Assembly: GCA_036350895.1 (NCBI GenBank)
Contig: JAZBNZ010000234.1
Location: forward strand, 5,600 to 69,599
Direction: 5' to 3'
Source of the DNA: Woeseiaceae bacterium
GTDB lineage: Bacteria > Pseudomonadota > Gammaproteobacteria > Steroidobacterales > Woeseiaceae
DNA length: 64,000 nt
Within the stretch, counting starts at the first letter, position 1. The number at the start of each line of letters is the position of its first letter. A program made the position numbers and the translations under genes. Below, piece by piece: positions 8,331-16,978 of the stretch. The notes under the pieces are model-generated. The model saw only the letters and a program-made list of their open reading frames with translations, ran no database searches and was not told the origin of the DNA.

Positions 8331-8353
8331 CCGCGAAACCCTCGCGGCGAGGG
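8331..8353 (-). other. Two mutually exclusive short stem-loops in the pufQ-pufB spacer
   Basis: CCGCGA-AACCC-TCGCGG (8331-8347), or CCCTCG-CGG-CGAGGG (8339-8353). The two share nucleotides. Confidence 0.3.
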
Positions 8354-8393
8354 ATCCCCGCAAAGCGTTAGCTCGACGGGCAATTCGTTGTCG

Positions 8394-8621
8394 TTACTGG
8401 AAGACGGTCCCTGCTATCGTCGCAGACAGCTTGCGGGCCTCTTCGAACGGCGAGCCGTATCCTTTACGTCCACCAGACGGCCACGGCCGCCACCGCCAAC
8501 CCGACAAGCGGGCCACGATTGCAACGGGCAGCAACACGGCGAAACACACCATCCACACGAAACGGCACGACCAGATTTCGTCTTTCCTCAGTCCGTGCGT
8601 CAGCTTGTTTTCCGTCTTCAT
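8394..8621 (-). CDS. pufQ: PufQ-like small membrane protein (75 aa)
   Basis: Sits between bchZ and pufB, where pufQ is found. One central TM helix (FVWMVCFAVLLPVAIVARL). Strong GGAGGA Shine-Dalgarno 6-7 nt upstream of the ATG. Sequence similarity to PufQ was not verified. Confidence 0.55.
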   Translation of the reverse strand: MKTENKLTHGLRKDEIWSCRFVWMVCFAVLLPVAIVARLSGWRWRPWPSGGRKGYGSPFEEARKLSATIAGTVFQ

Positions 8622-8686
8622 TTTCTTTCCTCCACGTCCGCTTACCGGACGTCGTTGCCGGCGAACCGGCGAGTTCTGCTGCAGTT

Positions 8687-10144
8687 CTAGGCGGCGGCTT
8701 GTCCTGCTCCGCTGTCGCCAGCCACGTCGCGCACCAGTTCGAGCGAGACTTCGTCCAGCCCGGCGTTGCGCGCCTTGAGTTCGATGGCATCCCGCAACTG
8801 GCGAGCCGCCGAAATTCGTATGAGTACCGGTTTCGCCGCGACGATCCGATCCAGCGCCTGTTGCGCATCCGGATGCCAGCGGAGTTCGCGATCGACGTTC
8901 GCCGGTGTGCTCTCGATATTGTCGAGCTGCGTTCCGAGCGGCAGGATGTTGAACAGCGCGTCGAAGAGCGCGTTGCAGACTTCCTGGACGACGTAGGTCG
9001 CCCCGCCATAGCCCATGAACGGCGTACCCGTGTGCCGGCGAATGATCGAGCCGGGGAACGAGGCCGGTATGTACTGCGCCGGCGAACCGGATTCCGCGAG
9101 ATACATCCGTTCGTTGTAGCTGCCGAAAACGACCAGCGGGCTGTGCTCACGCAATGCGTCGCGAACGCCCTCGTTATCGGTCTTCTGGCCGGGCTTGCGC
9201 CTGACGACGACCGGGCACGGCATGCCGAGATCGTTCTCGAGAAAATTGCTGAGCCCGCGTGCGTAGGTCTCGCCGGCGACGATCGCGACGTTCGCAGTCC
9301 CGAAGAAGTCCTGCGTGACGGAGCGCCAGAGATCCCACAGCGGCTTGATCGTCGTGTGCTTTTCACGCTCGATGAACGGCTCGGGATCGAGGTCGAGCAG
9401 CTCGCCGAGTTCTCTAAGGAAACGGGTCGTGCTGGAGAGACCGATCGGTGCCTGCAGGTACGGGCGGTCGAGCGCTTCGCATAGTATGCGTCCGAACTCT
9501 CGGTACATGCAGATGTTCAGGTCGGCGTTCGCGAGCTTCGACACGTCCTTCAGGTCCGAGCCCAGCGGGAAAACGAGATTGATCTCGGCGCCGACGCCTT
9601 CGACCAGGCGTCGAATCTCGGCCAGGTCGGACGGCATGTTGAAGGTGCCGTAGGCAGGTCCGATGATGTTGACGCGCGGCTTTTCACCGTCCTTGCGCTT
9701 GCGCGGTGCGACCTTGCCTTTCTTCGGACCGAACTCGGTCCACAGCCAGTACATCGCCCTGTCGGCGCTCTGCCACTGGTCCTCGTCGATCGTCCGCGGC
9801 AGGAAGCGTTTGATCCGGGTGCCTTCGGGCGTCACGCCACCACCGATCATCTCGGCGATAGAACCCGTGACGACGACACTCGGCTGGTTCGGATCGAGCA
9901 CGCTGTGGGCGCGCTTCATGGCGGCCTCGGTGCCGGTCTGGCCGAGCTCTTCCTCGCCGAGACCGGTGACGACGATCGGCAGCTCGTGCGGCGGCAGCGC
10001 GTCGGTGTAGTGCAGCACGGAGGTCACCGGCAGGTTCTCGCAGCCGACCGGGCCGTCAATGATGACCTGCAGGCCCTTGATCGCAGTGAACACGTAGACA
10101 CTGCCCCAGTAGCCTCCCGCCCTGTCATGGTCGAGGACCAGCAT
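8687..10144 (-). CDS. bchZ: Chlorophyllide a reductase subunit Z
   Basis: [40 protein letters not shown]...: nitrogenase-like BchZ. Follows bchY with no gap. Confidence 0.95.
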   Translation of the reverse strand: MLVLDHDRAGGYWGSVYVFTAIKGLQVIIDGPVGCENLPVTSVLHYTDALPPHELPIVVTGLGEEELGQTGTEAAMKRAHSVLDPNQPSVVVTGSIAEMIGGGVTPEGTRIKRFLPRTIDEDQWQSADRAMYWLWTEFGPKKGKVAPRKRKDGEKPRVNIIGPAYGTFNMPSDLAEIRRLVEGVGAEINLVFPLGSDLKDVSKLANADLNICMYREFGRILCEALDRPYLQAPIGLSSTTRFLRELGELLDLDPEPFIEREKHTTIKPLWDLWRSVTQDFFGTANVAIVAGETYARGLSNFLENDLGMPCPVVVRRKPGQKTDNEGVRDALREHSPLVVFGSYNERMYLAESGSPAQYIPASFPGSIIRRHTGTPFMGYGGATYVVQEVCNALFDALFNILPLGTQLDNIESTPANVDRELRWHPDAQQALDRIVAAKPVLIRISAARQLRDAIELKARNAGLDEVSLELVRDVAGDSGAGQAAA

Positions 10145-11611
10145 CTATGCTCCTCCCTCTGTGGGGGCCACCGGTGCATCCTGCCAGACGCCGCTGGTGG
10201 CGCCGGTGCCTACGCCCTCGAAGAACTCCCGCATCGCATCGAAGCGTTCTTTCTGGCCGAGCGCCGCGTTGATGACCTGCGCCAGCGAACCGGGTCCGGG
10301 CACGCCCATCAGCGGCCGCGCGGAGATCAGGTTGGTGAAATACAGTGCCGGCGTCGATGCTTCCTTCGCCTTCTGCACGACCGGTGTCGTTCCGATCGCG
10401 AGGTCCGGCTCGAACTCCTCGATCGCGGCGAGATCGTCTTCGAGTGACGCCCGGTAGTTCACGCTGACGCCTTTGGCGGCCAGCCACTCGCGATCCGGCT
10501 CGGACCACGCCGTTTTCGGGCAGGCAGTGCCGACGTAACGCACGTCGGCGCCACTCTCGACCAGCATGCGGGCGACGAGCAGTTCAGAACCCTCGTAGCC
10601 GGACAGCGTGATGCGCCCCTTGATCGGCGAGCCCTGGACGGCACCCGCAATGATCGGCAGGAAGCGATTCTTCGCCTTGTCGACGACGGCTTTCTGCACG
10701 CCGGCAGCCTCGCCGATCGCATCCAGCCACGCAGCCGTTCCATGCTGCCCCACCGGGGCGGAACCGACGACCTTGCGACCCGCCGTCTGGAATTCCCGGA
10801 TCGAGGCCGTGTAAAACGGATGGATGGCCGCGGCAACCGGACTCGCCAGCGCGGCATACAGTTCGCGCCATTCGCGCGTCGGCACGACCGGGCCGGCCGC
10901 GAGCCCGAGCGGCTCGAGCAGCTGCCCGATGCTGACGGGATCCGCCGGGAACATTTCGCCGAGGAGCGCAACCGTAGGCACTTCCTTGCGATCCCTGGGC
11001 GCCGCGACGGGACCGGTTTCGGCCTCCTCGCGGGCATACTTGAGCATTGCCCCGGCCAGGATGTCCTTCGCTTCTGCGTGCGTCGGCACGCCAAACCCGG
11101 GGACGTCGATGCCGATGATCCGGACGCCATTGATCGCCTTCGGCAGCATCCTGAGCGGCACACCCGACGCGGTCGGGACGCAAAGATTGGTAACAACGAT
11201 GGCGTCGTATTTCTCGGGATCCGCCATCTGGTGGACGCTGTCGCGGATATCCTCGTACAGCTTGCCGGTGACGAGCGTCTCGGAGTTGAACGGCACGTAG
11301 CCGACCGAGCGGCGCGCGCCGTAGAAATGCGAGGTAAACGTCAGGCCGTAGACGCAGCACGCCGATCCCGACAGGATCGTCGCGGTACGGCGCATGCGCA
11401 GACCGACGCGCAGCGACCCGAATGCGGGGCACATGCTCTGCGGCTGGTCGTGCGGCCCGGTCGGATAATCGGTCGCGTACTGCTCGAGTACGTCGCCTTT
11501 ACCGGCCTTGATCGCCGATTCGCGGAGCTCGTCGCGCGAATGACACACGCCGGCAGTCTCGCCCGGTGCGGTCATGCCGGCTGTCAGCTTGTTGTTGTCC
11601 CCTTTCGTCAT
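10145..11611 (-). CDS. bchY: Chlorophyllide a reductase subunit Y
   Basis: ...PQSMCPAFGSLRVGLRMRRTATILSGSACCVYGLTFTSHFYGARRSVGYVPF...: BchY-type cluster-binding region, in bchXYZ order. Confidence 0.95.
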   Translation of the reverse strand: MTKGDNNKLTAGMTAPGETAGVCHSRDELRESAIKAGKGDVLEQYATDYPTGPHDQPQSMCPAFGSLRVGLRMRRTATILSGSACCVYGLTFTSHFYGARRSVGYVPFNSETLVTGKLYEDIRDSVHQMADPEKYDAIVVTNLCVPTASGVPLRMLPKAINGVRIIGIDVPGFGVPTHAEAKDILAGAMLKYAREEAETGPVAAPRDRKEVPTVALLGEMFPADPVSIGQLLEPLGLAAGPVVPTREWRELYAALASPVAAAIHPFYTASIREFQTAGRKVVGSAPVGQHGTAAWLDAIGEAAGVQKAVVDKAKNRFLPIIAGAVQGSPIKGRITLSGYEGSELLVARMLVESGADVRYVGTACPKTAWSEPDREWLAAKGVSVNYRASLEDDLAAIEEFEPDLAIGTTPVVQKAKEASTPALYFTNLISARPLMGVPGPGSLAQVINAALGQKERFDAMREFFEGVGTGATSGVWQDAPVAPTEGGA

Positions 11612-11677
11612 TTCTTCTGTCTGTCTTTGTTATTCATGTGAGCCACCGTGGCGCCCCTCATCCGTCGGAGTGCAGGC

Positions 11678-12700
11678 TCATGCGTCGTCGTAAATCACCT
11701 CGAGCGAAGGCCGCTCGACAAAGGCCTTGCCGCACATGTCGGCAGCGGTCGCCGGCGTCAGCGGAATGGCTACGTCGTCGTCGTGACTATCGAAAAGTCC
11801 CAGCAGACCGTCCTGGTCCAGCGGCGTCGGCAACAGCGGTGGTGCCTCGGCGATGCCGGTCGAGAGTTCCTCGAAAAGGCTCGCCCACTGGCCGCCGGGC
11901 TTGCCGACGATTTCGTAGTTGGCACTCTTGCGGCGGATATCGTCGTCGGCCGGGATTGCAGAGAGCACCGGGATGCCGGCTGCGTCGGCAAAGCGCTGCG
12001 CCTCGCCGGTACCGTCGTCCTTGTTGATCACCATGCCCGCCACGCCGACATTGCCGCCGAGCTTGCGGAAGTACTGCACGGCCGAACACACGTTATTGGC
12101 GACGTACAGCGACTGCAGGTCGTTCGAACCGACGACGATGACCTTCTGGCACATGTCGCGGGCGATCGGCAGGCCGAAGCCGCCGCAGACCACGTCGCCC
12201 AGGAAGTCGAGCAGCACGTAGTCGAAGTCCCATTCGTGGAAGCCGAGCTTCTCCAGGAGTTCGAAACCGTGGATGATGCCGCGCCCGCCGCAACCGCGGC
12301 CGACTTCAGGACCGCCGAGTTCCATCGCGAACACGCCGTCGCGCATGAAGCAGACGTCGCCGATCTCGACCTCCTCGCCGGATTCCTTTTTCTTCGACGA
12401 GGTCTCGATGATCGTCGGGCAGCTGCGTCCGCCGAACAGCAGCGACGTCGTGTCGCTCTTCGGGTCGCAGCCGATCAGCAGCACTTTCTTGCCCTGCTGC
12501 GCCATCATGTAGGACAGGTTGGAGAGCGTGAAGCTCTTGCCGATGCCGCCTTTGCCGTAGATCGCGATGACCTGCGTCTCCTTCGCCGGCTCGCCACTCG
12601 GCACCGGGTCGGGATCGATTGCGGCTTCCTGCCGTAACCGGTCACGCTGTTCGATCTGCGCGTCTACTTTGAATTCTTTGGGTGTGGCTCGGTCAAGCAT
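11678..12700 (-). CDS. bchX: Chlorophyllide a reductase iron protein subunit X
   Basis: [39 protein letters not shown]: NifH/BchL-like P-loop, with the longer N-terminus typical of BchX. Confidence 0.95.
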   Translation of the reverse strand: MLDRATPKEFKVDAQIEQRDRLRQEAAIDPDPVPSGEPAKETQVIAIYGKGGIGKSFTLSNLSYMMAQQGKKVLLIGCDPKSDTTSLLFGGRSCPTIIETSSKKKESGEEVEIGDVCFMRDGVFAMELGGPEVGRGCGGRGIIHGFELLEKLGFHEWDFDYVLLDFLGDVVCGGFGLPIARDMCQKVIVVGSNDLQSLYVANNVCSAVQYFRKLGGNVGVAGMVINKDDGTGEAQRFADAAGIPVLSAIPADDDIRRKSANYEIVGKPGGQWASLFEELSTGIAEAPPLLPTPLDQDGLLGLFDSHDDDVAIPLTPATAADMCGKAFVERPSLEVIYDDA

Positions 12701-13681
12701 TCAGGCACTCCTCCAGTCGAGGACCATCTTCAGGCACTCAGGGTCTGTAAAGGCGACCGGGTATGCCTGGCGCGCGGCGGATGCCGGCAACCGATGGCTT
12801 ATCAGGTCCTTGAGATCCAGCGCACCGCTGTCGATCAGGGCGTTCACCGACTCGAGGTCGGACGGCAGCCACTCCGCGACGACGCGTAGCCGCGCCTCGC
12901 GCATGAAGGCCGCCGGGAACGTGAAGGACAGGGGTTCGGAATAGAAACCAGCCAGCACGATCTCGCCATGCTTCGCGAGATGCTGGACCAGCTGATCGAG
13001 AATAGTGGGATCGCCGCTTGCGTCCATGATGCGCCGGTAGTCGCAACGCTCGTCCTCGGACGGTGACATCACCGGGTAACCGTGCTCGCCTGCCGCGCGC
13101 TGCGGATTCGTCTCCCAGACGACCGGCGGCTCATCGCCGAGCGCCACCGTAAGTCTTGCGAGCAAGCGGCCCAGCACGCCGTGGCCAATGATCAGGTCGG
13201 GTAGCGCGAGCTCGCCGCGGTCGTGCAGGCAATGATGCGCCGTGGCGGCCAACGCGAGCAGGATCGCATTTTCGTTGAGACCGGCATCCACCGGGAGCAG
13301 CTTGCTTTCCGTCACGACGAGTCGTGACGCAGCGCCACCGAACAGGCCGCGGATATCGCCGAAACAATGCGCACCCATCACGAAGACGCGGTCACCGGGG
13401 CTGACCGTGACGCCCTCTCCGCAGGCGGAGACGCGACCCACGGTTTCGTAACCGGGAACCAGCGGATAACCCATGCCGGGGAAAGCCGGCATCCGGCCGT
13501 CGTAAAGCAGTTTTTCGGTACCGGTACTGATACCGGTCCACTCGACGTCGACCAGCACCTCACCCGGACCGGGCGGCGCGATCTCGAGGTCCCGGAGGTC
13601 GAGTTCCCCGGGTTCTTCGAAGACAACGGCGCGCGCCAGCAATTGCTCGCAGCCGCGACCTTTTTCAGGCTGGCTTGACAT
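12701..13681 (-). CDS. bchC: 2-desacetyl-2-hydroxyethyl bacteriochlorophyllide a dehydrogenase
   Basis: Zn-dependent alcohol dehydrogenase fold (GMGYPLVPGYETVGRV..., GHGVLGRL Rossmann), in the canonical position ahead of bchXYZ. Confidence 0.9.
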   Translation of the reverse strand: MSSQPEKGRGCEQLLARAVVFEEPGELDLRDLEIAPPGPGEVLVDVEWTGISTGTEKLLYDGRMPAFPGMGYPLVPGYETVGRVSACGEGVTVSPGDRVFVMGAHCFGDIRGLFGGAASRLVVTESKLLPVDAGLNENAILLALAATAHHCLHDRGELALPDLIIGHGVLGRLLARLTVALGDEPPVVWETNPQRAAGEHGYPVMSPSEDERCDYRRIMDASGDPTILDQLVQHLAKHGEIVLAGFYSEPLSFTFPAAFMREARLRVVAEWLPSDLESVNALIDSGALDLKDLISHRLPASAARQAYPVAFTDPECLKMVLDWRSA

Positions 13682-13685
13682 AGAG

Positions 13686-13729
13686 TGTCAGTTTACCCTG
13701 ACTCGTAAGATTGTCAACATTTATTTACA
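13686..13729. promoter_or_regulatory. Pair of PpsR/CrtJ-type operators 8 bp apart, overlapping a putative bchC promoter
   Basis: TGTCAGTTTACCCTGACT (13686-13703; TGT-N12-ACT) and TGTCAACATTTATTTACA (13712-13729; perfect TGT-N12-ACA). On the minus strand the second operator contains TTGACA (-35) and the first contains TAAACT (-10), with a 16-nt spacer. Confidence 0.6.
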
Positions 13730-13740
13730 GTCTTGGACGT

Positions 13741-14847
13741 CTAGCGATCGGCCAGCAAGACGCCGGTAATCATGGGCACCCGGGTCCGGCGCCGGCGGAC
13801 CCGCCGAAAGCCGGCCGCGTGGCACAACTCGGCAAGACGCTCCGGCCGCCTCGGCAGGCCGCTGCCCATCGCGAACAGGTACACGTTGAAGTAGGCGCTC
13901 ACGAGGCGCCCCGACGGCGAATTCCCCGCCATCGGCTCGCCGACGAGAAGAGTCCCGCCGGGCCGCAGCGAACGATACGCAGCCCCCAGGAGTTTCATGA
14001 CCGTGTCATCGCCGTGGTCGTGCAGGATCCGCACGAGGGACACCATGTCGAATCCGTCGGGCAATGGGTCGGCCGTCGCATCCGCGCCGAAGACATCGAT
14101 GCGGTCGTCGAGGTCTGCCGCACGAATCCGCTCCCGCGCTATGGCCGCGACCGGCGGAAGATCCGCGACCGCTACGTCGAGCTTCGGCCAGCGCCGGGCT
14201 GCCGCCATCGCGAAGGCACCGCTGCCACCACCGATGTCGAGCAATGACCGGCATGAGCGCAGCGGTACCGCCCCGAGTACCTGGTCTGCCACCATCGTCT
14301 GCGAGACGGCCATCAGTTCGCTGTACTGCCGGACCGCAGCAGGATCCAGGCTGTCACTGCCCTCTCCCGACGCGTATGCCCACAGGTTGCCCATCCGGGT
14401 GTCTCGATGCTCGCCGCTGAAGAGCGCGACCGGATCGAGGAGATCCTCGTAGAACAACGCATGATGACGAATCATCGCGAGGACACCCGGATTGTCGACG
14501 AGGGTGGCGCCGCGAGGGCCCAGCATCACCCGCCCGTCCTGCTGCAGCTCGAGGAGCCCCAGCGCATCGGCAGCCGCGAACAGGTGGCGTGCACCCTCCT
14601 CCGACAAGCCGGTCTCCCGGGCGAGCGCCGACGCGTCGACCGCGCCGTTTCGCAGCCGCTCGACCAGGTCGAGCCGGACGCAGGCGAGGAGCACCTGGCT
14701 GTGAATGAAGCCGCCGACCAGGCGGAACAGGTCATTCGCCTGGGAGCGAGCAACGTATTGAAATAAAGGAACTTTCTGAATCGAATCCCGGAACCGGGCA
14801 CTACCGAGTAAACGGTTTCTCAGGCTCGGAAAGACACCGCCAGCCAT
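13741..14847 (-). CDS. crtF: Hydroxyneurosporene / demethylspheroidene O-methyltransferase
   Basis: Class I SAM methyltransferase motif LLDIGGGSGAFA, preceded by an O-methyltransferase dimerisation-type N-terminal domain. Lies between crtE and bchC, as in other PGCs. Confidence 0.85.
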   Translation of the reverse strand: MAGGVFPSLRNRLLGSARFRDSIQKVPLFQYVARSQANDLFRLVGGFIHSQVLLACVRLDLVERLRNGAVDASALARETGLSEEGARHLFAAADALGLLELQQDGRVMLGPRGATLVDNPGVLAMIRHHALFYEDLLDPVALFSGEHRDTRMGNLWAYASGEGSDSLDPAAVRQYSELMAVSQTMVADQVLGAVPLRSCRSLLDIGGGSGAFAMAAARRWPKLDVAVADLPPVAAIARERIRAADLDDRIDVFGADATADPLPDGFDMVSLVRILHDHGDDTVMKLLGAAYRSLRPGGTLLVGEPMAGNSPSGRLVSAYFNVYLFAMGSGLPRRPERLAELCHAAGFRRVRRRRTRVPMITGVLLADR

Positions 14848-14886
14848 CGTGTCACGAAGTGGGAACGGGACGCAGCGGCCGGACCG

Positions 14887-15774
14887 CTAGGCGGCCCGGC
14901 GCGCGTTGAGCGCGTTGTTGAGCAGCCGGGTCGCCTCGTCATGGATCATCATACGCAGCCGGTGCTTGCCGCGGCAGTCCGGCACCGATTCGACGGCCGC
15001 CTCGATGCGCGCGCGGAGCAGGTCGGTCGCACCCTCGATGCCATGCTCACGCACAGCGCTGGGACGGTCGAGGCGATGGTCCTGCCCGATCGGTTTACCG
15101 ATGAGTTCTGGATCGCCAACGCTGTCCATCAGGTCGTCTGCCACCTGGTAGGCAGCACCGATCACTTCGCCCAATGCCGCCCAGCGGGGATCGCACGCAC
15201 CGGCTGCCGCGGCGCCGGCGAGCGTTGCCGCGCGGAACAGGACGCCGGTCTTGGCACGCTGGTATTCGTCGAGCGGCACCGCCGCCTCGCATTCCCAGGA
15301 CTGTCCCGCCACGATGCCGTTCGGCGCGCCGACGGCGTCGCTGACGATATCGAGAAGTTCGGCCGATCGGCGTGGCGCTATGCGGGCAGTGCCTGCGATC
15401 GTCTGGAATGCGAGCACGATCAGGGCATCACCGCACATTAAAGCAAGTGGCTCACCGAAAGCGACGTGGACCGTCGGCTTGCCGCGACGCAGTTCCGCAT
15501 CGTCGAAACAGGGCATGTCGTCGTGTACGAGCGATGCACAGTGGAGCAACTCGAGGCTGGACATTGCGGCATTGACCAGCTCGGGATCCGGACTATCATG
15601 CGCCTCTGCAACGGCCAGGCACAGCCGCGGACGTATCCGGTGCCCGCCGGGGAAAACGGCATAGCGCATCGCGGCCGCGAGTCCCTGCGGACAACCGGGG
15701 CCGGTCGCCTTGTTCAGCGCAGCCTCGATGGCCCGCTCGATACGGACGTCCGCACGATGTTGCGCTTCGCGCAT
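14887..15774 (-). CDS. crtE: Geranylgeranyl diphosphate synthase
   Basis: LLHCASLVHDDMPCFDDAELRRGKPTVH (first DDxxD) and AYQVADDLMD (second). The start could be the ATG at 15774 or the in-frame TTG at 15792 (the track's start); neither has a clear Shine-Dalgarno. Confidence 0.9.
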   Translation of the reverse strand: MREAQHRADVRIERAIEAALNKATGPGCPQGLAAAMRYAVFPGGHRIRPRLCLAVAEAHDSPDPELVNAAMSSLELLHCASLVHDDMPCFDDAELRRGKPTVHVAFGEPLALMCGDALIVLAFQTIAGTARIAPRRSAELLDIVSDAVGAPNGIVAGQSWECEAAVPLDEYQRAKTGVLFRAATLAGAAAAGACDPRWAALGEVIGAAYQVADDLMDSVGDPELIGKPIGQDHRLDRPSAVREHGIEGATDLLRARIEAAVESVPDCRGKHRLRMMIHDEATRLLNNALNARRAA

Positions 15775-15786
15775 GTCAAGCGTTAT

Positions 15787-15830
15787 TGTCAACTTAACTT
15801 GTCACCTGTACATGTAAGGTAATGTAGACA
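15787..15830. promoter_or_regulatory. Pair of PpsR/CrtJ-type operators 8 bp apart in the crtE / crtC divergent region
   Basis: TGTCAACTTAACTTGTCA (15787-15804; TGT-N12-TCA) and TGTAAGGTAATGTAGACA (15813-15830; perfect TGT-N12-ACA). The region is AT-rich within a GC-rich genome. Confidence 0.55.
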
Positions 15831-15884
15831 GTCCGGAGCGTCGCGTCAACCATAATCCGCGGCCCGGGAACCAGGGAGAAACCA

Positions 15885-16820
15885 GTGAAACCAGTCGCCC
15901 CCCCCATAGCGTTCGACCAGGCCGTGCCCGATTCGGGATACCGTTGGTGGTATATCGACGGCGTATCGGCGGACGGACGCTTCGGCGTGGTCATCATTGC
16001 CTTCGTCGGCTCGGTGTTCTCCCCCTACTATTACCGGGCCCGGCAGCGCGGACCGGTCCGCCCCGAGGATTACACGTCGATCAACGTGTGCGTCTACCGC
16101 CCCGGCGGCGACCGCTGGGCGATGACCGAGCGCAGCGCGCGATCGCTCGAAAGGCGCTCGGACTTTTTCCGGGTCGCGGGCAGTCATCTCGCCTGGCACG
16201 GCGACCGCCTGGTGATCGAGGTTGCCGAGCGCTCGGCCCCCTTCGCACGCCGTCTCGCGGGCACCATCGAACTCACGCCGCGCACACTCAACGACGAGGC
16301 ATTCACGCTCGACCTCGACGACCGGCACTTCTGGCGCCCGGTCGCGCCAATGGCCGACATTCGCGTGAACTTCACGCAGCCGGAAATGCGCTGGACCGGG
16401 CACGGCTACCTCGACACGAATTACGGCAGCCGCATGCTCGAACTGGATTTCGCCACCTGGGACTGGAGCCGGTCCGCCGAAGCGGACAGCACCAGCATCT
16501 ACTATGTCGCCCGCCTGCTGGGCGGCGAGGAGCGCACGCTCGGACTGCGCTTCGCCAGCGACGGCTCTCGAGAGGCGCTCCCGGTGCCGTCGGCACAACC
16601 CTTGCCCAAGACGGGATGGCGGGTCGCCCGGCAGCCGTCGAATCCCGTGACGCTCAGGGTCAGGCGGGTACTCGAGGACACGCCGTTCTATTCACGGTCG
16701 CTGCTGTCGGGAGTGGATGACGAATCCGGTTTGATCGTGCACGAAAGCCTGGACATGCGCCGGTTCAGCGCCGCCTGGGTGCGCAGCTTGCTACCGTTCA
16801 GGATGCCCCGACTCGCCTGA
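15885..16820 (+). CDS. crtC: Acyclic carotenoid 1,2-hydratase (hydroxyneurosporene synthase)
   Basis: ...DSGYRWWYIDGVSADGRFGVVIIAFVGSVFSPYYY...: CrtC-family N-terminus. GTG start preceded by AGGGAGAA. Confidence 0.85.
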   Translation: MKPVAPPIAFDQAVPDSGYRWWYIDGVSADGRFGVVIIAFVGSVFSPYYYRARQRGPVRPEDYTSINVCVYRPGGDRWAMTERSARSLERRSDFFRVAGSHLAWHGDRLVIEVAERSAPFARRLAGTIELTPRTLNDEAFTLDLDDRHFWRPVAPMADIRVNFTQPEMRWTGHGYLDTNYGSRMLELDFATWDWSRSAEADSTSIYYVARLLGGEERTLGLRFASDGSREALPVPSAQPLPKTGWRVARQPSNPVTLRVRRVLEDTPFYSRSLLSGVDDESGLIVHESLDMRRFSAAWVRSLLPFRMPRLA

Positions 16821-16973
16821 CGAGGCTTCTGGCGAGTCACCCGGCTCCCGATTCACGTCCGGCCGTTCGCGGTCACGCAGTTCGGGATCACGACCGAGGC
16901 GAACGACTTCCCAGATCGCGAATGCCAGGATCGGCAGGTAGATCGCAAACGACTTGAGCAGCCCCAGGTCCAT
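16791..16973 (-). CDS. Hypothetical small membrane protein (60 aa) directly downstream of crtB
   Basis: The ATG lies 5 nt after the crtB stop, with AGGCGG upstream. N-terminal TM helix LLKSFAIYLPILAFAIWEVV, with GC-rich third positions in the TM part and a charged tail. The last 30 nt overlap the 3' end of convergent crtC. Confidence 0.3.
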   Translation of the reverse strand: MDLGLLKSFAIYLPILAFAIWEVVRLGRDPELRDRERPDVNREPGDSPEASSGESGHPER

Positions 16974-16978
16974 GCCGC

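Noticed and set aside
8351-8358. GGGATCCC palindrome in the pufQ-pufB spacer
   Set aside because: It is too short, and as RNA it would leave no loop. It is already subsumed in the alternative stem-loops at 8331-8353.
14850-14867. TGTCACGAAGTGGGAACG (TGT-N12-ACG) 3 nt upstream of the crtF start
   Set aside because: A single degenerate box inside a 39-nt crtE-crtF spacer, with no partner and a GC-rich spacer. It is probably a chance match.
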